Part shown: one piece after another, positions 58,792-64,000 of the stretch | Layout of the letters: each line of letters starts with the position of its first letter | Numbering within the stretch: the first letter of the stretch is position 1 | Source of the DNA: Chrysomallon squamiferum | Taxonomy: Eukaryota; Animalia; Mollusca | Reading direction: 5' to 3' | DNA length: 64,000 nucleotides | Assembly (NCBI GenBank): GCA_012295275.1 | Contig: CM022667.1 | Coordinates: forward strand, 2,418,001-2,482,000 | Notes under the pieces: generated by a model | Told to the model about the DNA's origin: nothing | Databases searched by the model: none | Seen by the model: only the letters and a program-made list of their open reading frames with translations | Position numbers and translations under genes: made by a program

Positions 58792-58901
58792 CTTACCGAA
58801 CATCCGCTGTAACTTGTTTGAGCCGTCGCTGATGTAGGTATAAACGTAGCCACTAAGAAGAGGCAACTGAAAAGTTTTTGAAATACGCTGTCCCAGTGCA
58901 T
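54787..58901 (-). CDS. Secreted single laminin-G (LamG/LNS) domain protein, paralog A, 5 exons, 217 aa
   Basis: Exons 58901-58797, 58155-58058, 57376-57181, 56849-56700 and 54891-54787 total 654 nt, in frame. Signal-peptide-like MHWDSVFQKLFSCLFLVATFIPTSATA; LamG motifs LSFSFK..PNGILFY, VDDGKWHS, LVDG, FGG and FDGCI, plus a C-terminal Cys. Confidence 0.88.
55397..56305 (-). mobile_element. Degenerate, internally deleted Tc1/mariner (DD34E-type) transposon in intron 4 of LamG-A
   Basis: Fragmented minus-strand translation: MPRLS (ATG at 56016), VNVHHATISRL, QQDNTR..ARVS, WP..S.DL...EHQWDEL, EEWARI and VIAVAGGQTRY*. TIR-like aaaaagaaacgcatag near 56277-56305. Confidence 0.8.
55440..55572 (+). 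mobile_element. SINE/LINE-like 3' tail nested within the Tc1 relic
   Basis: Interrupts the transposase between EEWARI and VIA; ends gcacgttaa-polyT-(ttcaag)n; a second copy lies inverted at about 51176-51268. Confidence 0.55.
56700..56849 (-). CDS. LamG-A exon 4 (IVFKKDG...VDGRR...YFEFGG)
   Basis: gtttag/gtaaga boundaries, 150 nt. Confidence 0.88.
57181..57376 (-). CDS. LamG-A exon 3 (core LamG strands)
   Basis: ORF 57151..57399; tttcag/gtaaat boundaries. Confidence 0.9.
58058..58155 (-). CDS. LamG-A exon 2 (VKENTIYGKFGIRLEPSLLSRVRIRTSPFYRNG)
   Basis: tgacag/gtaaat boundaries, phase 0/2; alignable to exon 2 of B and C. Confidence 0.82.
58797..58901 (-). CDS. LamG-A exon 1 (signal peptide)
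   Basis: ATG at 58901, donor gtaagt. Confidence 0.85.
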
Positions 58902-59644
58902 TTGTGAAGAAAACAGTTAATTTTCTCAGTACCGAGAACTGAATTTTGTGTTATTTCAAATTTTCTGTTATTGTTTAAAATCTTCGAATTTCAAAACTTT
59001 TATATGTTTGCCCTGTCATTCATAAACAAAAACGTGCTCTGCTTCACTCGATTGGCTGATATCGTCATCGTAGGGGAATAACTTTTGCAGACGCCCTCTG
59101 AGCTGTTTTGCATGGCAGACGAAATAGACAACTACATTATTAAAGAACTTTCCTGAACTGGTTCTCACGTCAGAGGATTGAACTCGTGAGTGACAGCTGA
59201 TGAGTGACATTTCGTAATAATAGGCGGGTCAAACCAACAAATGTGTGCTGTCGTCTGCATCGACTATCAACTTAGTTTAATTTGTTGTGTCTGCTACATT
59301 AAAAGAACAAAATTAAACCGATATTATGTGCTGAAGTTTTGTCTTTGACTCAAGGGTCGGATATATTTCCACCATCATGGACGTGGTAAGTAAATAAATA
59401 AATAATAACCAAGTACTTTACTAAAATAAAGTCAAAATTAAATTAACAAAAAAAAAATAATATATATATAACACTTCTGGATTTTTTATTTTGATGATAA
59501 CATCTTGAAGTTTATAATAATAATAATAATAATAGTAAATTAAAATAAATATATTTATTTTTATTTTTTTTTTATTTTTTAATTATGGCTGATACTAGGA
59601 AGTGGACGAAAAATGTCGTCTTCTTGGTATCGTTTTTGGCTGAA

Positions 59645-59679
<35 letters not shown>

Positions 59680-60392
59680 AATTAAAAAATTAAAATTAAA
59701 ATTAAAAATATAATAAAATAAAATAAAATAAAATAAAATAAATAAGAATATGTTCACCTAAAGTCAACTTTAAGTGTATTTTACCACTAAATTATAAATA
59801 TAACACTTCTGGATTTGTTTTCATGTTGATGATAACATCTTGAAGTTTAGTGCTGACCTGAGTTTCTTTCAAGTTCACGGAGGTCACAAGGTCACACTGA
59901 AGGTCAATAGATAAATTAAAAGGCTTCCAAAATTTAGGTTGCACCTATCAAGAAAATAATAAGACATTTTCGATCCTTAACCTTTCCATTGCCACCAATA
60001 TCACCAAAATCAACTCACTTGTTACCGAGATACCACAGCTTATAAAATGACGTCACGCCCAAAATGCTAGAATTCTTGGTCCAACGTCTATGCGTATCCT
60101 TTGTTGTTAACGGTTTTGCACTCATGACGTCATTTATGACATCACAGTATTGTTTACGTCAGTTTGTTAATTAAGATAACGCGGGTAACTAAGGGTTGGA
60201 ATGTTACAGAATGTTTGACTATTTCTTCGTGTTACCTAAATTTACAGTTTCACAATTGTACTGAGCCATGATTTGAAAAGAGCTATGGCTAAATGAATAT
60301 AGGAGTTTGTAAATAAATAAACAAATAAGAAATAAGTAAATAAATAAACAAATAAATAAATAAATAAATAAGTAAATTACAAAATAAGTAAG

Positions 60393-60423
<31 letters not shown>

Positions 60424-61192
60424 ACAAATAAGTAAGTAAATAAAACAAAAAACAAACAAATAAATAAGTAAATATATAAATAATAAAAAATAAAATAAAA
60501 TAAACGAAATGAAATAAAATATAAGGAAATAAAAATAAATAAAATAAAGTAGGAAGCACGTTGAGTATAAAATACATCTGTTACTGATATTTTTTTTTTT
60601 TTTGCGGTACTAAAACCGCCAGAGATGATTATTTCAAACAATTTATTAATTTTAAAATTATCGTCAACTGACATATAAATCTCTTTGTGGTCACGATGAA
60701 TAGCTACATTAAAAACAAAATTGAATATATCATTGTTAATGCTTTTATTTCTGGTAGTAAAATGTCAAACTTCTCTTTTTATCTTTCGATGAAATATGAG
60801 AGATTTCATATGCACCTGATAACATCTATTTATTCATATTGTGTGTATGCGTGTATTTATTTTTGTATTCGTTTATGTAAGTAATTGTTTCTGTCCATAT
60901 GTATGTGTATATGTATGTACGTGCGTGTGTCTAATTGTGTGTGTATGTCTATGTGTGCGTGTATGTGCGCGCACGCGTGTATGAAGGTATGTATGTAGGT
61001 GTGTATGTGTGTATGTATATATGGATGCAAATGTGCACGTATGAATTAATGAAAGTGTATCTGTGTGTTTGTGTGTTTGTATGTATGTATGTATGTATGT
61101 ATGAGTAGTGTAGGTTTAGGATTAATGTATGTATTGTATCTTTGTGTGTGTTTGTGTATATGTATGTATATTGGGTATATATATATGTACAG

Positions 61193-61282
<90 letters not shown>

Positions 61283-62047
61283 AATAAATAAGATATATTT
61301 ATATTGATTTGTTTTAAAACCTACCGAGGTATTAAAAAAAAAAAAAAACAGTTCATTACACTTTTATGACTGTAATCTAGAGGTAGTACTTTTTGATGAA
61401 AAGTTTTATATAAATATGTAAAAACAAAATGTAACATGTTATGGTATTTGAGGAACACAAAAGGTTATTTAAATCTGCGGAAATGTTATCTGTTTGAAAA
61501 AAAAAAGAAAAACTATTGGTAATTTTAATGAAAGCAAGTGTCACAATTACAATCTAAAAAAACTGTGTATTTTATGTGCTTGTGTGCGTGTGTGTTTATG
61601 CTGTTAGTGCTTGAGAAGCTGTTCATGTATGTAGAACATTTCAATCAAAGTACAGGAATAAAATTAACTCTGTAATGACAGAATTTGTTAATTTTATTTT
61701 ATTTTATTTTTATTATTTTTTTAAAATTATTATTAATTATTTTTTAAATTGATATGCTTTTTATGTCTTATTATTTCTAAAAACAAATTCATATTGTACC
61801 TCGTTTGTTTTCCATTTTTATTATTATTTTTTATTTTTGTTATTATTTTTTTTTCAATCAAACGTCTTTGAATCTCTATATATCTATCTACCTGTTTGTC
61901 AGTCTCTATCTTTGTATCTACTAAATTGATACAGATATTAAGAGATAGAAAAACAGGCAGACGAATAGTCCATCATTTTCTGATTTTAATACACAAACAC
62001 GTCAAGAAGAAAACGAGAGACAGATATTTCAGCTATCTATCTATCTC

Positions 62048-62085
<38 letters not shown>

Positions 62086-62593
62086 AGTCCATATATATAT
62101 ACACATACACATAAAAATAGTCTTAGTCTTTAATAATTAATAAATAAAATCTTAATAAATAAATAGATGTTGTATATAGGTATTGTTACTGATCAGTCTG
62201 TAGATACTAACATAACACTGTGTTAAACCATTCACACTGCACGTTCACAATACATTTAGCCAAAAACACTTTAATTTTTACTGAAGCAAACACAACAAAT
62301 TAAATTAAGTTGATTCTCGATGCAGACGATAGTGTACGTTTGATTGACAAACTCCTACTATCACGAACTATCGACATCAGCTGTCCGTGAAGAAATCCAC
62401 CAATCCGGTGACAGATGTAGAATTTTTCTTTTATGAATGACTGTTAAAATTAGCACTCTGCAACAGTGAAAATATCTAAATATTCGGAAATGAAATGATT
62501 TGTTTTAACAGCAACAGTAAATTAAGCATTGAGTTCTGAAGTGAGCAAAGCTCGGTGGTTGGTATTTGAAAATATAAAACAGTTTTGTTCGCC

Positions 62594-62826
62594 ATGCACT
62601 TGGACAGCGTGTTTGAAAAACTTTCGAGTTATGTGTTGTTAGTGGCTGTACTGGATTTGATGGCGTTGAAGAGAATGACAGCACAAACGTGTCCGGTAAA
62701 TTTAACATTTAGCTCTGTACATTTATTTATTATGTGTTTGATTATGTGTAAATGACAGAAAGTAAATATATTTATAAAGAAATATGTGTGTATATTTATA
62801 GTTTGAACGAGAGAGAGTGAGAGAGA

Positions 62827-62892
<66 letters not shown>

Positions 62893-64000
62893 TCTTTTCT
62901 TGTTTTTATTTTATTATGTTAGTCGACTGTTCCAGGCGTAGTTATTTTTATACAGAACCTGGTTCATTTCATGGACCTAGGATACAAACAGTGATTACTA
63001 GATAGAAAGAACCCTTACTAAACTAAACTAAACACAGACAAACAGACAGGCAAAGAGATTATCTACAGAAAGGCAAAAAACGAGAAGAACAATAACATGA
63101 AACAAGAGAAAATAAAACCACAAATCATATATGTATATGTGTAATGACATGCATGGTAACATAAGAATATATACAAATTTTACACTTACAAGTAATTTAA
63201 TATTTACTATTAATAATTTTAACAGGACAGACACCATATAATGGCAAAAAAGGGCATCAAAATTGTACTAAACGAAAGGAGTTATGTGAAGATGCATACT
63301 GCACCGTTTCGTCCAGATCGGTAAGTAAATGTCAATGAACATAGATCAGTGATTTTACACCTGTTTAGATCTGTCATCAAGAAGCATTGGTTAATGCGTC
63401 AAAACTCAAATGGATCTAAATATTTTGCAGTGGAGTTCTTCTTATATACATGTATATGTTTTACTTGTATTATCTTGTTATGCCGCGAGTATTTGTAGCA
63501 GACCAGTAATTTGCGTGTTAATAGTACGCTGCTTTTGTAATCATTATAATAGTAGTACAGTAGTATCAGTAGTATTAGTAGCAATTCTCTATATAAGAAA
63601 TAATGACAGGATTTCAATGATCGGCCAGTTTCCTTTCCGTTGGTATTAAGGTTTGTTTTTTTTTTGTTTTTTTATCTGTTTTCATCTAGGTGTAGCCAAA
63701 AAAAAATGTAGTTCTAAGGATTCAACCAAACATTCAAGCTTCGGAATGCTAAATTTTTTAACCTACTGATCTTGTATAAGAAATATTTGTCATTTCATTT
63801 TTTTTTTTTTAATTCAAGCTGTAATAAGCAATCCTGCAAATTTTACAGGAAGAATCTACTGGACGGATGGGATTTAAATTTAAAAATGTTTTATTTGAGT
63901 TATTTTACACAGAATGATCTAATAGCAAATACAAATATTAATCTAAACTGGTTTTTCGTTTCAGAGAAGTTCTTTCGTTCTCTATCAAAACCTACTCTTT
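62594..64000 (+). CDS. Secreted LamG domain protein, paralog C, 5' part (runs off the window end), head-to-head with paralog A
   Basis: Exon 1 62594-62695 MHLDSVFEKLSSYVLLVAVLDLMALKRMTAQTCP; exon 2 63226-63320 DRHHIMAKKGIKIVLNERSYVKMHTAPFRPDR; exon 3 from 63965 EVLSFSIKTYS. Same phases (0, 2) as A and B; none of these exons is in the ORF track. Confidence 0.85.

Overview
AT-rich, microsatellite-dense animal genomic DNA, inferred to be an invertebrate, probably lophotrochozoan or mollusc-like. Most entries in the ORF track are simple-repeat artefacts; the real genes are spliced and were reconstructed by hand from GT/AG boundaries and intron phases. (1) The 3' part of an MTSS1/MIM (I-BAR/IMD) gene lies on + (coding exons 5995-26132). 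It has a tandem-duplicated exon pair, an apparent 1-nt frameshift at about 15181, and a C-terminus with an ActA-like EVH1-ligand motif but no recognisable WH2. (2) A complete 10-exon SLC7 light-chain amino-acid transporter lies on - (42797-31509, 506 aa), with a TATA/Inr promoter, two uORFs, a divergent TM1 motif and duplicated splice acceptors. (3) A cluster of three paralogous genes encodes small secreted single-laminin-G-domain proteins: A 58901-54787 (-), B 51119 to about 47250 (-), and C 62594 to beyond 64000 (+). Their mature coding exons are only about 30-35% identical in amino acids, while promoter, intron and 3'UTR blocks remain clearly alignable, which suggests a fast-evolving secreted family. 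Also present are Tc1 and Tigger transposase relics, SINE-like tails, several minisatellites, and a 1.4-kb inverted copy of MTSS intron DNA lacking the intervening exons. All alignments and identities are by eye; no database searches were run.
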